A stretch of 64,000 bases of DNA, taken from positions 45,014,001 to 45,078,000 of the forward strand of contig CM059432.1 of the NCBI GenBank assembly GCA_030390025.1, in the 5' to 3' direction. The translations under genes and the position numbers were made by a program. The notes below the pieces were generated by a model that ran no database searches, was not told the origin of the DNA, and saw only the letters and a list, made by a program, of their open reading frames with translations. Below are positions 1 through 13,071 of the stretch, in pieces. Every line of letters starts with the position of its first letter. Within the stretch, counting starts at the first letter, position 1. Source of the stretch: Squalus acanthias (Eukaryota).

Positions 1-2390
1 GTCTTGAAACCAAAATTATATAGTAGCAGTTGTTATTCTTTATTACAATGCTGAGTCTTTAAACATCGTTTGGCACCTTTTATGACATATTTAAGGATAA
101 CATTTAAAACATAAGTTCGATTGTCAGGTTTTTTTCTGCTGACAGTGTGGTAGGATTTACTTTGTTCACAACAGGTATGTTTAACAAACCTATGCTCCAG
201 GTATGAGGCTTGACTTGATGAAAAGCCTCGAGTAATTAATCTTCATCAGAGCTAATACCTTTGGATCAGTTGATTTCTTTCAAGTGCACTTCCCCTTGTT
301 CCTTTTTACACTGCTTTGATCTTAAACAAAGTGATGTTCCGCAAGCTGTAGACATTTTCCTGATAAAAAATATGACCATAAAGTAATGAAATATTAACAT
401 TTTTTGAAAACTAAAGCGTTGAAAAGAAAAAGGACCCTTTGCAACAACACAAGGACTAAATTTCAAACTTTGAACCTTGGCAAGTAGGAAAGTTATAATT
501 TTTGTTTTAATCTAATTCCAGATTTGTAATTGGAAATACGATATCACATTCCTCATTTGATAGAGGATTGATAAATGCACCATCTACTGTGGTTAGGAGT
601 CACACTGACCGAGAAGATGCTTCCTATGATCAATGACCTATGCTGAGTTAGCAGATTTGATGTCCCCAGATTAGGCTGGGAATAATCAACTATGGGGTTG
701 CTACCAAGCACCATCCAATGACCTCCTACTGGAATATGTGTCAGACATTTGGCCAGGACAAAATCTGGCTTGGCTGCAACATTCTTATGGGACTAGTGTA
801 CAGACACACAGGTAGATCTTGACTTTTGGACGGCCGACCAGTCACGAATTTTGAGGCCCAGGCCTTGTTTGAATCTGACCATCGAGGTATGGATGCCAAA
901 CGGGCGTCCTGTGGCAGCTCGCTGGTTTTCAGCCACAGGAATGTTGGCCAGCTGGGAGGTGAAGGGAGGAATGCGCGGCCGAGGGGGCAAACCCAAGCTG
1001 GCAGCGGCCCGCAGTATATTTGTGGGGTCAAGAAGAGCTTAACTGTGGCCTGCCAACTGATGCTGGACAGAGCGTGCACCAAAATGGCAATTGGGGTCCT
1101 ACGTATGTCATAGGACCCAGATTTGAATTTTAAATGGGCCTACCCCCTGATTCAAGGGCCCTTCGGCCACCCAACAGTGCACTCATGAGAGGATTGCTGT
1201 GGCCACAGCAACGGTAGGAATGAGGGCGGTAAGTCCTTCCCCGCACTTTTTGAGGTGCTACCACCTTGTTTCCATCGGCCTCAAATTTCAACCCACACCA
1301 TTCAGGCTCACACAGGAAGAATGACCCTTACGTTGAGGATCCTGAAAGCTGCCAATGGAAAAGTGATGTTTTCAAGAGAAATTAGAAGAAAAGGAGATAC
1401 AATTGAAATCAAAATTATTTCCTGAGGACTACAAAGGTGTATTGTAAATATACTGATGGTTGGAGAACTTTGAAATTATGGGATTATTAAAATAATTATT
1501 GGGGGCAGGGTGCAGAGTTTGATTTTTTTTTAACAGCTCATGCCTCTTACAGACTTTCAACTTATGGTTGAGCGGATAGTCAATTGTACTTTATTGCCAT
1601 TCTGAAGCACTAGTTTTATAGAGAAGGGCTTTTAGTGACCATGGAAAATGAGACTTTGCCCTGAGAAGTAGGACTATTAAACTGGTAAACAAGCCAAGTA
1701 CCTTGTTATAGCATTTTATTCATGAGATCTTGTCAGAGGTTATTTTCCTTGACTTTCATTTGCTTACAGCGATCTAAAATGATGCATCTCCAATTACAAA
1801 TTTTATCGATGAAAACCATTAAAAACTGTGTATGTTGAGAGGAAGGTATTAAAGGAAAATTGGATTAGGGCAATAGGTCTATCGAAGGAGCCACAAGAGC
1901 TCTTCCTAACATCTGCTGAAGGAAAAGAAAATAATATTTTTAGCAACAGTGCTAAAGCAAGGGTAGATTAGGAAAGAATGAATTAATAATTATGCCAAGA
2001 GGAGTAAAGGCAGTACAATCTTAGATTAAAAAAAGTTTCATTGAAAACTATGCTTTTATCTCAGCTGACTATTAACAAAGTATGAAGTATAACTTTTTGG
2101 GGGTGAAATTGGATTACGCCCGTAAACAGGTGCGGGGAGCGCGAAGAGCGATCTTCCCGTGTACATTCAAAGTGCTGCAGGCAGCACGCAAAATTCGTGC
2201 TGCCTGCTCATTTACATGATTGGAGTGCTGAGCTCAGCACTAAATGGACTGCTGGTTGGCTCAATGCTCAAGAGGGGGCCATTATCGAGTGCAGTCTACT
2301 GGCAAAAAATGTTTTGCCTAGGCTCTCTGCACTTCTTAAAGGGGAGGTGCTTTGTTGCAGAAGCACCCAATTGTCAGTCTCCATGCAGCC

Positions 2391-3597
2391 ATGGATCAAC
2401 AGGGAAGAAAAAGGGCAAGGAGATTCTCTGATGCAGTACTGGAGGCCTTGGTCCTGTGTGTACACAGAAGAAGACAGGTCCTCTACCCACAGGGTGGCCT
2501 TCCAGGTAGAATGTCAGAACGCAGTGGGAGAAGATAGCAGAAGCAGTCAGTGCCATGTGTGTTGCCTCCAGGACCTGGATCAGTACCACAAGAAGTTTAA
2601 TGACCTCACACAGCAGGTCAAGGTGAGTGAATACATCTTCACCTGCCATATCCCACCAACTGCACCACTAGCCTCACACACTGCTCAATGCACCACACCC
2701 CCCATCACTCACCTACCAACTTCCTCTAGCAATCACCATGCATACATCACAATTATTGCTTCACCTCACCCTCACACACTTACCACTGCTGCAAGCCTCA
2801 CACCCACATCTCCACACCTTGCACACACTGCCAACTATTCAACCATGACAGGCACATCACCCAAACATATTGCACCACACTCACTGACACATTTCTCTTT
2901 CTCTTGCAGGCCAAGGTGACTCACAACTACCGTGAGCAGCAGCAGACAGGCGGAGGGGAAGCACGTCTTCAAAACCTCGCAGGAGGAGACGCGGCTGGAG
3001 ATCATTGGAGGGGCCATCACTGAGGCCGTGGTGAGTAGCGAGGTTGAAAGCATTGCTGATGATGGTATGCTCATACCTAATCCTTCTTCTCACATCCCAC
3101 TTCACCCTCACCCCACAATCTCTTCTCACTTACAAGCTGCTGATGGCGTAAGCATGCACATCTTGCTTTCTCCCCTCCTCTCACCATAACCCGACCCTTG
3201 TGCCTTTCTCCTTACAGATACCCTAGAACTGCCAGCAGCCCAGCCTGTTCCCGACCTAGTAGAGGAGGGGAGTGAAGGAGAAGAAGAGACGCCGTTACTT
3301 GATCTGACACTCCCAGGCAACAGCTCAGAAAATGACACTACGTGTACTTTAGAGGCTAGTGTAGAAGGGGGAACTGCGCGGGTGAGTCACAGGGCACGAG
3401 TGGGCTTCAGCTAGGCAAGGGGGAAAGGCTCTTTCGGGTGCCAGCTTCCCGGAGGACGAGTTCACACATGAATTCTGCTGCACAGACTCAGATCATGACT
3501 TCAATAGGGCGGCCTTCAGAAGAAGGGAGATGGGCATGCACACAGAAATGCTTGGTGCAATGGCTGGCCTGCCAGAGAGCCTCTTGTCACTGTCAAG
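2391..3597 (+). pseudogene. Harbinger Myb/SANT-like DNA-binding protein, frameshifted; exons about 2391-2622, 2910-3064, 3218-3597, continuing at 8437-8830
   Basis: GT/AG sites at the same positions as in the intact gene at 47032-48971; homologous peptides; frameshifts. Confidence 0.75.
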
Positions 3598-3922
3598 GGG
3601 TACAGTAGCATAGTGGTTATGTTACTGGACAAGTAATCCAGAGGCCTAGACTAATGATTTGGAGACATGAGTTCAAATCCCACCACAGCAGCAGTGGAAT
3701 TTAAATTCAGTTAATTAAATAAATCTGAAATAAAAAGCTAGTATCAGTAATGGTGACCATGAAACTACTGGATTGTTGTAAAAACCCATCTGGTTCACTA
3801 ATGTCCTTTAGGGAAGGAAACCTGCTGTCCTTACCTGGTCTAGCCTATATGTGACTCCAAACCCATAGCAATGTGGTTGACTATTAACTGCCCTCTGAAA
3901 TGGTCTAGCAAGCCACTCAGTT
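3598..3922 (+). promoter_or_regulatory. tRNA-derived, SINE-like head with RNA polymerase III A and B boxes
   Basis: A box TAGCATAGTGG at 3606-3616 and B box GTTCAAATCC at 3671-3680. Confidence 0.65.
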
Positions 3923-4232
3923 GTACCAAACCACTATGAAAAACAATAATAAGAATAAAACTGGACGGACCACCTGGCATTGAACTTGTCACCAGCACTG
4001 GACTCGACAAAGGCACACCCAGCCAAATCAACCCTGCAAAGTCTTCCTCACTAACATCTGGGGACTTGTGCCAAAATTGTAGAGCTGTCCTACAGAGTAG
4101 TCAAGCAACAGCTTAACATAGTCAGAATCATGCCTTTCAGCCAATGTCCCAGACTCCTCCATCACCATCCCTGGGTATGTCCTGTCCAACCGGCAGGAGA
4201 GACCCACCAGAGGTGGCGGAACAGTGCTATAC

Positions 4233-6753
4233 AGTCATTAGTAATCTATGGCACAGAAGGAGGCCATTCAGCCCATCGTGTCTGCGCCGGTCGAAAAAGA
4301 GCTATCCAGCCTAATCCCACTTTCCAGCTCTTGGTCTGTAATCTTGCAGGTTACGGCACCTCAAGTGCATATCCAAGTACTTTTTAAATGTGATGAGGGT
4401 TTCTGCCTTTACCACCTTTTCAGGCAGTGCGTTCCAGACCCCCACTGCCCTCTGAGTGAAAACATTTCTCCACAACTCCCCTCTAATCCTTCTATCAATT
4501 ACTTTAAATCTATGCCCCCTGGTTATTGACTTCTCTGCTAAGGGAAATAGGTGCTTCCTATCCACTCCATCTAGGCCCCTCATAATTTTATACACCTCAA
4601 TTAAGTCTCCCTTCAGCCTCCTCCGTTCCAAAGAAAAAAATCTCAGCCTATCCAATCTTTCCTCATAGCTAAAATTCTCCAGCACTGGCAACATCCTCGT
4701 GAATCTCCTCTGTACCCTCTCCAGTGCAATCACATCTTTCCTGTAATGTGCTGACCAGAACTGTACGCAGTACTCTAGCTGTGGCCTAGCTAGTGTTTTG
4801 TACGGTTCTAACATAACCTCCCTGCTCTTATAATCTATGCCTCAGCTAATAAAGGAAAGTATCCCTTACGCCTTCTTAACCACCTTATCTACTTGTCCTG
4901 CTACCATCAAGGATCTGTGGACGTGCTCTCCAAGGTCCCTCTGTTCCTCTACACTTCTCAGTATCCTACCATGTATTGTGTATTCCCATGCCTTGTTAGC
5001 CCTCCTCAAATGCATTACCTCACACTTCTCCGGATTGAATTCCATTTGCCTCTTTTCTGCCCACCTGACCAGTCCATTTATATGTTCCTGTAGTCTACAG
5101 CTTTCGTCCTCACTATCAACCAGATGGTCAATTTTTGTTTCATCTGCTTAATTATGCCACCTACATTGAAGTCTAAATCATTGATAAAATCAAAAAGCAG
5201 GGGACCTGGTACTGAGCCCTGTGGAAACCCACTGGAAATAGCCTTCCAGTCACAAAAACGCCTGTCGACCATTACCCTTTGCTTCCTGCCACTGAGACAA
5301 TTTTGGATCCAGCTTGCCACTTTCCCTTGGATCCCACGGGCTTTAACTTTTTTGACCAACCATGTAGACTACATCAAATGCACTGCCCTGATCAACCCTA
5401 CATGTTACCTCCTCAAAAAATTCAATCAAGTTAGTCAGACAAGACCTTACAGTAACAAATCCATGCTGCCTGTCCTTGATTAATGCGTGACTTTCTAAAT
5501 GATGATTTATACTGTCCCTCAGAATTTTTTCCAATCATTTTCCCACCGCTGAGTTAGGCTGACTGGCCTGTAATTACTCCTTCTATTCCTTTCTCCCTTT
5601 TCAAACAATGGCACAATGTTAGCAGTCCTCCCATCTTCTGACACCTTGCCTGTAGCCAGAAAGGATTGGAAAATGATGGTCAGAGCCTCCGCCATTTCCT
5701 CCCTTGCCTCTCTTAACAGCCTGGGATACATTTCATCTGGGCCTAGTGATTTATCTACTTTCAAAGATGCTAAACCTCTTTATACGTCCTCTCTCTCTAT
5801 GTTTATCCCATCTAATATTTCACACTCCTCCTCCTTAACTATAATGTCTGCATCGTTCCGCTCTTCTGTGAAGACAGATGCAAAGTATTCATTAAGATCC
5901 ATACCCATGTCTTCGCTTCCACACATAGGTTACCTTTTTGGTCTCTAATAGGCCCTACTCTTTCCTTAGTTATTCTCTTGCTCTTTATGTATTTATAAAA
6001 CATATTTGGGTTTTCCTTGATTTTACTTGCCAATATTTTTCATGCCCTCTCTTTGCTTTCCTAATTTTCTTTTTAATTTCACCCCTGCACCTTCAAAAAT
6101 CCTCTAGGCTTTCTGTAGTATTGAGCTTTCAGTATCTGACAAAAGCTTCACTTTTTTCCTTATCCTATCCTGTATGCTCCTTGACATCCAGGGGGCTTAG
6201 ACTTGGGAGTCCCACCCTTTTTCTTTCTGGGAATATATTTGCTCCGGACCCTCACTATCTCCTCCTTGAATGCCTCCGACTGCTCTAACACTGATTTACC
6301 TTCAAGTAGCTGTTTCCAATCCACTGTTGCTAAATCACATCTCAGCTTAGTAAAATTGCCCTTTCCCTAATCGAGAACTTTTATTCCTGATCTATCTTTG
6401 TCCTTTTCCATAACTATGCTAAATCTAATTGAATTATGATCACTACCAACAAAATGCACTCCCACTGATACCCCTTCCACCTGCCCAGCTTCATTCCCTA
6501 AAACTAAGTCCAGAATTGTCCCCTCACTTGTTGGGCTTGTTATGTACTGGCTAAAAAAGTTCTCCTGAATGCATTTTAAGAATTCTATACCCTCTATTCC
6601 ATTTACACTGATTCTATCCCAGTTAATGTGAGGGTAGTTGAAATCCCCAACTATTACTGCCATATTGTTTGTGCATTTTTCAGAAATTTGCTTACATATT
6701 TGCTCTTCTATCTCCCTCTGGTTGTTTGGGGGTCTATAGTGCACTCCCAGCAT
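4233..6753 (-). mobile_element. 5'-truncated, decayed CR1 LINE inserted in the family-B LINE
   Basis: Minus ORFs: YRPPNNQREIEEQICKQI/GDFNYP (APE), QHGFVTVRSCLTNLIEFFEEVT, RPQLEYCVQFWS, WNALPEKVV; CR1 3' UTR near 4240-4310; internal deletion near 5360. Confidence 0.9.
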
Positions 6754-9091
6754 TGTGTTTGCAATCATCTTTAGCCAGAAGTGCCAAGTGCATGATCTAT
6801 CTCGGCCTCCTCCTGAGTTCCCCACCATCACAAAAGCTAGTCTTCAGCCGATTGGATTCACTCCACGTGATATCAAGAAATGGCTGAGCGTACTGGATAC
6901 AGCTAAGGCTATGGGCCCCGACAACATCCCGGATGTCGTGCTGAAGACTTGTGTTCCAGAACTAGCCGCGCCTCTGGCCAAACTGTTCTAATATAGCTAT
7001 AACACTGGCATCTACCCGACAATGTGGAAAATTGCCCAGGTATGTCCTGTGCACAAAAAGCAGGACAAATCCAATTCAGCCAATTACCGCCCCATCAGTC
7101 TACTCTCAATCATCAGCAAAGTGATGGAAGGTGTCGTCGACAGTTCTATCAAGCATCACTGACTCACCAATAACCTGATCACCGATGCTCAGTTTGAGTT
7201 CCGCCAGGACCACTCAACTCCAGACCTCATTACAGCCTTGGTTCAAACATGAACAAAAGAGCTGAACTCCAGAGGTGAGGTGAGAGTGACTGCCCGTGAC
7301 ATCAAGGCAGCATTTGACTGAGTGTGGTATCAAGGAGCCCTAGTAAAATTGAAGACAATGGGAATCAGGGGGAAAACACTACACTGGCTGGAGTCGTACC
7401 TAGCACAAAGGAAGATGGTTGTGATTGTTGGAGGCCAATCATCTCAGCCCCAGGACATCGCTGCAGGAGTTCCTCAGGGCAGTGTCTTAGGCCCAATCAC
7501 CTTCTGCTGCTTCATCAATGACCTTCCCTCCATCATAAGGTCAGAAATGGTGATGTTTACTGATGATTGCACAGTGTCCAGTTCCATTTGCAACTCCTCA
7601 GATAATAAAGCAGTCCATGCCCGCATGCAGCAAGACCTGGACGACATTCAGGCTTGGGCTGATAAGTGGCAAGTAATATTCACGCCACACAAGTGCCAGG
7701 CAATGACTATCTCCAACAAGAGCACATCTAACTATCATCCCTTGACATTCAATGGCATTACCATCGCTGAATCACCCAACATCAACATCCTGGGGGGGTC
7801 ACCATTGACTAGAAACTTAATTGCACCAGCCACATAAATATTTAGGCTACAAGAGCAGGTCAGAGGCTGGATATTCTGCGGCGAGTGTCTCACCTACTGA
7901 GTCACCAAAGCCTTTCCACCATCTACAAGGCAAAAGTAAGGAGTGTGATGGAATACTCTCCACTTGCCTGGATGAGTGCAGCTCCAACAACACTCAAGAA
8001 GCTCAATACCATCCAGGACAAAGCAGCCCGCTTAATTGGCACCCCATACACCGGCGTACTGTGGCTGCAGTGTGTACCATCTACAAGATGTACTGCAGCA
8101 ATTTGCCAAGGCTTGTTCAATAGCACTTCCCAAACCTGCGACCTCTACCACCTAGAAGGACAAGGGCAGCAGGTGCATGGGAACACCATCACCTCCAAGT
8201 TCCCCTCCAAGTCACACACCATCCTGACTTGGATATATATCACCGTTCCTTCAGAGCCGCTGGTTCAAATTCCTGGAGCTCCCTCCCTAACAGCACTACT
8301 GGAGTCCCTTCACCACACGGACTGAAGTGTTTCAAGAAGGAAGCTCACCACCACCTTCTCAAGGGCAATTAGGGATGGGCAATAAATGCTGGCCTTGCCA
8401 GCGACGCCCACATTCCAGGATTGAATTTAAATAAAGAAGCATGGAGGAGACTGTCTCCAACATTGCACGGGGCTTTGCGCAAAGCTTGGAGCCCATGGTG
8501 GCTAGGAATGCTGAGGCGCCACACCAAGGGAGTGGCAGTGGCTCCGTGGAGCAAGAACCTGCTCTCTTCTCTCAGAATGACTCCATTCCTACTCCCACCA
8601 CTGCCACTCCGCCAGTGCACTTGCAGTTTCCTGTCAGCCCATACTGTTGCCACCCATGTCAAGTTGGTGCAGTCTACGGCTGGGCCTTCTGGGCCCAGAG
8701 CTCTTCAAGATCACCCTGCAAGGCCATCTGCAGTCTCTCCCCATGGAAAGTCAGCAGCCTTCCACCTGCCATGCTGCATCCACTGGGGTAGCACTGTGTA
8801 GGAGCACTCGGATTGGCAAAGGAACATGAAAGACAGACACTAAGGGAATGCAGAAGGGTGATTAGTTGACTTTGTTATGTAGTTTTGGATTGATTCATTT
8901 ATAAATTATGTTTGGAATGTTTGTTTTTGTGCTGGCTCTCATTTCAGGTTTGTGCTTAAGAGGATGCTGTGATGTGACAGAGGGATGGTAAGGGGGAGAA
9001 GTATTGAGCAATGGGGATCTGGGGTTTCATTCAGGGGAACCAGATTCTGATGAGGTGCTCACGGACAGCCCACCTGGAACAGGAATCTACT

Positions 9092-9222
9092 GCCTGTAGA
9101 TGGTACACACTGCAGCCACGGTACGCCGGTGGTGGTGGAAGTGAATTTTAATGTGGTGGATGGGGTACCAATCAAGCAGGCTGCTTTGTCCTGGATGGTA
9201 TTGAGCTTCTTGAGTGTTGTTG
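9092..9222 (-). mobile_element. Short family-B LINE fragment
   Basis: PTTLKKLNTIQDKAACLIGTPSTTL matches the family-B ORF2 C-terminus. Confidence 0.75.
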
Positions 9223-10618
9223 GAGATTGCAGGGGCTCTGACACAAATTTTCAGAACCTCTCTGGCCACAGGGGAGGTGCCAGAGGACTGGAGAACAGCT
9301 AACGTAGTACTATTATTCAAGAAGGGTAGTAGGGATAAACCAGGGAATTACAGGCCGGTGAGCCTAACATCAGTGGTAGGGAAATGACTGGAAAAAATTC
9401 TGAGGGAGAGAATTAGTCTCCACTTGGGGAGGCAAGGATTAATCAAGGATAGCCAACATGGTTTTGTCAGGGGGAGATCATGTCTAACCAATTTGATTGA
9501 ATTTTTCGAGGGGGTGACTAGGTGTGTGGATGAGGGTAGTGCAGTTGATGTAGTCTACATGGACTTCAGTAAGGCTTTTGACAAAGTCCCGCATGGGAGA
9601 CTGGTCAAGAAGGTAAGAGCCCATGGTATCCAGGGCAATTTGGCACATTGGATCCCAAATTGGCTTAGTGGCAGGAGGCAGAGGGTGATGGTCGAAGGTT
9701 GTTTTTGTGACTGGAAGCCTGTGTCCAGTGGTGTACCGCAGGGATCGGTGCTGGGTCCTTTGCTGTTTGTAGTGTACATTAATGATTTAGTTATGAATTT
9801 AGGAGGTATGATCAGTAAGTTCGCAGATGACACGAAAATTGGTGGAGTGGTAAATTGTGAGGAGGGAAGCCTTAGGCTACAGGATGATATAGACGGGTTG
9901 GTTAGATGGGCAGAACAGTGGCAAATGGAATTTAACCCTGAAAAGTGTGAGGTGATGCATTTTGGGAGGACTAACAAGGCATGGGAATACACAATGAATG
10001 GTAGGACCCTAGGAAGGACAGAGGATCAGAGGGACCTTGGTGTGCATGTACATAGATCCCTGAAGGCAGCAGGACAGGTAGATAAGGTGATTTAAAAAGG
10101 CATATGGAATACTTGCCTTCATTAGCCGAGGCATAGAATATAAGAGCAGGGAGGTTATGATGGAGCTGTACAAAACGCTAGTTAGGCCACAGCTGGAATA
10201 CTGTGTGCAATTCTGGTCGCCACACTATAGGAAGGATGTGATTGCATTGGAGAGGGTGCAGAGGAGATTCACCAGGATGTTACCTGGGCTGGAGCGCTTC
10301 AGCTATGAAGAGAGACTGGACAGGCTGAGGTTGCTTTCCTTAGAGCAGAGAAGGCTGAGGGGGGACCTGATTGAGGTGTACAAAATTATGAGGGGCATAG
10401 ATAGGGTAGATAGAAAGGAACTTTTCCCCGTAGTAGAGGGGTCAATAACCAGGGGGCATAGTTTCAAAGTAAGGGGCAGGAGGTTTAGAGGGATTTGAGG
10501 AATAACTTTTTTACCCAGAGGGTGGTTGGAATCTGGAACTCACTGCCTGAAAGGGTGGTAGAGGCAGGAACCCTCACAACATTCAAGAAGCATTTAGATG
10601 AGCACTTGAAATGCCATA
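9223..10618 (+). mobile_element. 5'-truncated CR1 LINE (RT and C-terminus), interrupted by ERV-A; its 3' tail lies at 19396-19477
   Basis: ORFs 9424-10095 (QHGFVRGRSCLTNLIEFF, PQGSVLGP, FADDTKIG) and 10157-10498 (RPQLEYCVQFWSP). Confidence 0.92.
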
Positions 10619-11120
10619 TGAAGTAAGCCCCCAAAGTGCGGACCAAGTGATATACAAGGTCGACGCTACTGGCTTGTTGAAAGAAAGACAGACCAAGTAA
10701 TTGAATTCACAATGGTTTATTCAGGCCTGGGGAGAACCTCTTACATCGCTGTGTAAGTCCAACTCCGCCGAGCTAATCAAAGCACACATTTATACAAACA
10801 TTTCTGCCTTACCCTTACGGAGATCCAATTAATTTTAAAAGTTACACATTTACTCATTATCCGAGGGTGGCTGTTTATACAAAGATAACACATAATTTAC
10901 ACACAATGCTGTCCTAGCCCATGATGTGGTTTCCAGAACTGTGCGCTCCATTTTCTGTTAATCTCGTTATAGGCCTGCTTCTGTTAATCTCGTTATAGGC
11001 CTGCTTCTGTTAATCTCGTTATAGGCCTGCTTCTGTTAATCTCGTTATAGGCCTGCTTTTCTGCAAATGAGTCATGCCCGTCTTGCCCTGATTATGTCCA
11101 ATTTTTAATATCTTACTTCA
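10619..11120 (-). repeat. ERV-A 3' LTR (502 bp)
   Basis: TGAAGTAAG...CTTACTTCA 9-bp terminal inverted repeats; near-identical to 19115-19395; AATAAA and TATAAA on the minus strand. Confidence 0.93.
10953..11056. repeat. 4 x 26-bp tandem repeat in the ERV-A U3
   Basis: TTCTGTTAATCTCGTTATAGGCCTGC repeated exactly four times. Confidence 0.95.
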
Positions 11121-11132
11121 GTCCTCCCTTTT
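11121..11132 (-). promoter_or_regulatory. Polypurine tract of ERV-A
   Basis: AAAAGGGAGGAC on the minus strand, directly 5' of the 3' LTR. Confidence 0.85.
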
Positions 11133-11529
11133 GACCTATTGGACAACTGTTCCAATACAGGTCAACATGTATTCCTGTTGCCTGGTGTTTGCCCGAGCGT
11201 GCACTCTCTGGCCTTCTACCAGTCTAGGTTATACATGGGTATGACATAAACCAATTTATGAGCCGGTTTCACCCCACGCGGTGTATGTGGTCTTTTTTGC
11301 CTTTGTTCTTATGTTGCCATTCCCGGGGCCCCAGAGCCCTGCATCAATGGTTTGAGCTTCTGGTTCGAGCTCGTCCTCCATTCCCTCGGTGGGTGCGTGA
11401 CGTGTCCTTTCGAGACTGCCATCACTCACCAATCCTGTTTCTGCCACTCCCGTCTTACGGTTGGCCGACCTGGTTATTAATTACCGTGTCCAATTCATTC
11501 CTTGTAATTTTAGGGCTATAGATCGGGTC

Positions 11530-12864
11530 TTACACCATTCTCATAAGAGTGGCTGAGGGATCTCCTGCGAGAAGCTCCTCATCCTCCTTTCTTTCATGGT
11601 TTGCCACGGCGCCAATCTTGGCTTTACCTAATCTGGTGCAGAGGCATTTGAGCAGCAAGAATACACAGTATATTGTAATAACAATCACGAGGAATATCAT
11701 TATGCCTTGTACCACTGAGGCGCCCAACGTCCCCAACCATCCCGATCCCCAATCACCAAAATAGGAAGAGGTGGGGGAGTTTCTAGTTTTTCTTGCCTAT
11801 TCTTGTATGTGGGTTGCAAGGTTCTCAATCTCTTCTGAATCGTCTGGAATGTAAGTGCAGCATGTTGGTCCTATTATGGCACATGTCCCTCCTTCCTTTG
11901 CTAATAGATAATCTAGGGCTATCCGGTTCTGCATTGCGACAGTACGTACAGCTACCAATTCTTCATTTATTGATCTGGCCATCCCAGCCGTATCATTGGC
12001 TACTTGTTCCAATAATGTATTTAATTGGTCCATTTCTAAAATGGTTCTATGTACCCCATAGAAAGGCCACATTATGACCATAACCTTTTCCCAGGTTTGC
12101 ACCACCCGTTTGCTCCTGCCCATTGGGACCCCTTGTTGGGCGTCGGTTAGGGTTTTGTGGTGGGTTACATATGGCTGTACATAGCCTAGGTAACATGATC
12201 CTCTCCAGTTGGATGGCAGCCAGGGGTACGCCCTTTCACCGCATATAAAATACGTGCCATTATAGGCACATGTCCGGGATTCGTCCGTTACCCACGGTAT
12301 GATAGTGTTCCCTTCCGTGCCATTATCAAGGGGGACAGTTAGATACGTTACGGTGAACACTGGCCCGTCTTGGGCTCGTGTCATACTGACATTTTGGCAA
12401 CATTTACTGCGTCCCATATCTCTTCCCGCTCCTTCCCTTGTTATACAAATTATTCCTTCCACTTTTTCCTTGAGGGTCCAAAATGGAGGTTCCTGTGTGT
12501 TAGTGTACTTGGGAAGATACCACCCTCTGAACCGATCTGGGTCATACCCTGCTGCCTCCCATTGCTTCTTCACCTGGCTTGTATCCTCCCTCTTGCTATT
12601 GATACCGTTATCATTTCCGGTGTTATTTTGATTAAGAAACCAGGATGCCATTTCCGAGTAATTAAAAGGCACGGGTTTCACCGGAATTCCTTCCTCGGAA
12701 TTTGTCGGGGCTCCGGAGCAGACCCAACAGCTAGAGAGGTTCAGCTGACTCACGTATTTCCATGACATATACAAGTAACTATTTCCTGTAGTTTTAGGCA
12801 TCCTTTCTACATTATGGAGTACGCCTAGGCCTATAAGGCCATATATAAGCAGATACTTGATCAT
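11530..12864 (-). pseudogene. env: ERV-A envelope (gamma-type SU-TM) with one premature TAG at 11797
   Basis: Signal peptide MIKYLLIYGLIGLGV; CWVC; furin site RSKR; ISD QNRIALDYLLAKEGGTC; CX6CC; in-frame TM anchor in ORF 11530-11736; splice acceptor CTTGTATTTCCACAG near 12916. Confidence 0.92.
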
Positions 12865-13071
12865 CTTGTTCCTTGTTGTCAGCCGTCCCTTCTTCCGTCG
12901 TTCTTCTAATTTGTCCTGTGGAAATACAAGGCTGGTCGTCAACAGCAGTTAATTATTCCATTCTTACTACTTCTACTATCTCGGGCCTTGGGTTACCCCG
13001 TACCCGGATACACACTCCTTGATAGACGCATACAGAACCTACAATTATTCAAGCCATGCAGATATATCCAA

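Larger units (their letters stand above)
3598..8436 (+). mobile_element. CR1/Jockey-group LINE (family B) with tRNA-derived 5' head, APE remnant and RT, degenerate
   Basis: APE start KVFLTNIWGLVPKL near 4036; RT motifs PQGSVLGP and FTDDCTV (ORF 7322-7837); C-terminus YKAKVRSVMEYSPLAW; 3' tail GGGCAATAAATGCTGGCCTTGCCAGCGACGCCCACAT then A-rich. Confidence 0.85.
2099..9075 (+). mobile_element. Decayed PIF/Harbinger DNA transposon (Harbinger-A), interrupted by LINE insertions; right end lost
   Basis: Starts GGGGGTGAAATT, like the TIRs at 46673 and 52064. Myb/SANT exons (RRFSDAVLEALV, KKFNDLTQQVK|GTGAGT, AKVTHNYREQQQTGGG) are homologous to 47032-48971. The ORF resumes at 8437. Minus strand near 9030-9075 reads AVREHLIRIWFP*, matching the transposase C-terminus ARAVRQRLIASRF*. 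Confidence 0.8.

Noticed and set aside
259..359. Possible minus-strand host exon (also 19743-19840 on plus)
   Set aside because: Splice-like ends are present but all three frames contain stops.
810..1295. GC-rich segment, possible Harbinger-type MITE
   Set aside because: Only the right end resembles a TIR (CAAATTTCAACCC); there is no convincing partner TIR or TSD.
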